Assembly (NCBI RefSeq): GCF_006345805.1
Contig: NC_043002.1
Location: 94,054,001-94,118,000, forward strand
Reading direction: 5' to 3'
Source of the DNA: Octopus sinensis
Lineage: Eukaryota
Length of the DNA: 64,000 bases
Under the pieces are notes generated by a model. That model was given only the letters and a program-made list of their open reading frames with translations. It searched no databases and was not told the origin of the DNA. Below, one piece after another: positions 63,274 through 64,000 of this stretch; the stretch's first letter is position 1; each line of letters begins with the position of its first letter. A program made the position numbers and the translations under genes.

Positions 63274-63542
63274 GGAATTTGAACTCAGAACGTAGCGGCA
63301 GACGAAATACCTATTTCTTTACTACCCACAATGGGCTAAACACAGAGAGGACAAACAAGGACAGACAAACGGATTAAGTCGATTATATCGACCCCAGTGC
63401 GTAACTGGTACTTATTTAATCGACCCCGAAAGGATGAAAGGCAAAGTCGACCTCGGCGGAATTTGAACTCAGAACGTAGCGGGTGACGAAATACCGCATA
63501 GCATCTCGCCCATCGTGCTAACGATTCTGCCAGCTCGCCGTC
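63274..63542 (-). mobile_element. SINE family A plus partial second unit with the same multimer junction
   Basis: gacgaaatacc|tatttctttac at 63301-63322 is the reverse complement of the AAGAAATA|GGTATTTCGTC junction. Confidence 0.88.
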
Positions 63543-63729
63543 TTACGCTATTTATGGGGATGTTTATCGTTTCTATCAAATAAAAACACAATATCATTCT
63601 GTTTGATTGTGTTAGTTTCTTTGTGAATGTCTTCTGAAAAGTAATCCAGGGCAGAGCCTTCACCTGTGTTTGTTTCTAAAAGCATCATTCCTCTAAATGA
63701 TGCGTGCTAATATATGTAGTTACAGTTTT

Positions 63730-64000
63730 GGATCTTTGCGGTTTGAACGGCAGTTTTTTACATAATTTCTAGGTAACTAAAAAATTTTTAACTTCGTATA
63801 CTGGTAGAATGTGTTTATAAAACATCTTTTTCTCTTGGCTTTATTGAGAAAATTCTATAGTTTGTAAGATGTTTGTTGTTTTTTCTTCAATTTCTGCAAT
63901 TTCAACCAATCAATGACCGTCTATTGAGGTGAAAACATTCTGTGCCGTATGAATGTGTCCCTCGTTTATGAAACAGATTGGGTTTATTTACATTTGTGAA
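63730..64000. mobile_element. GGATC-TIR MITE, third copy, running off the window
   Basis: ggatctttgcggtttgaacggcagtttt; interior colinear with 17711 onward. Confidence 0.88.

Overview
AT-rich, repeat-dense animal genomic DNA, probably from an octopus or other cephalopod. That identification is inferred from the tRNA-derived SINE families, (CA)n/(TA)n/(TACA)n microsatellites and a mollusc-like 5S sequence, not from a database search. Protein-coding content: the last two exons of NADPH-cytochrome P450 reductase (POR, + strand, 1093-5186) and a tandem cluster of four intact, single-coding-exon orphan class A GPCR genes (- strand, 23382-49295). Three of the GPCR genes share a predicted 5'-UTR intron. 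The rest is mostly SINEs, MITEs, Helitron-like elements, decayed LINEs (L1/Tx1, RLE-type, CRE-like, CR1-like), decayed mariner/Tc1/hAT transposases and long palindromes. The strongest leads are the GPCR cluster, a 5S rRNA-SINE chimera inside one target-site duplication (TSD), SINE multimers with the same junction at three loci, and a MITE family with GGATC ends and 8-bp TSDs that carries telomeric repeats. All coordinates and alignments were read by eye; boundaries of decayed elements are approximate.
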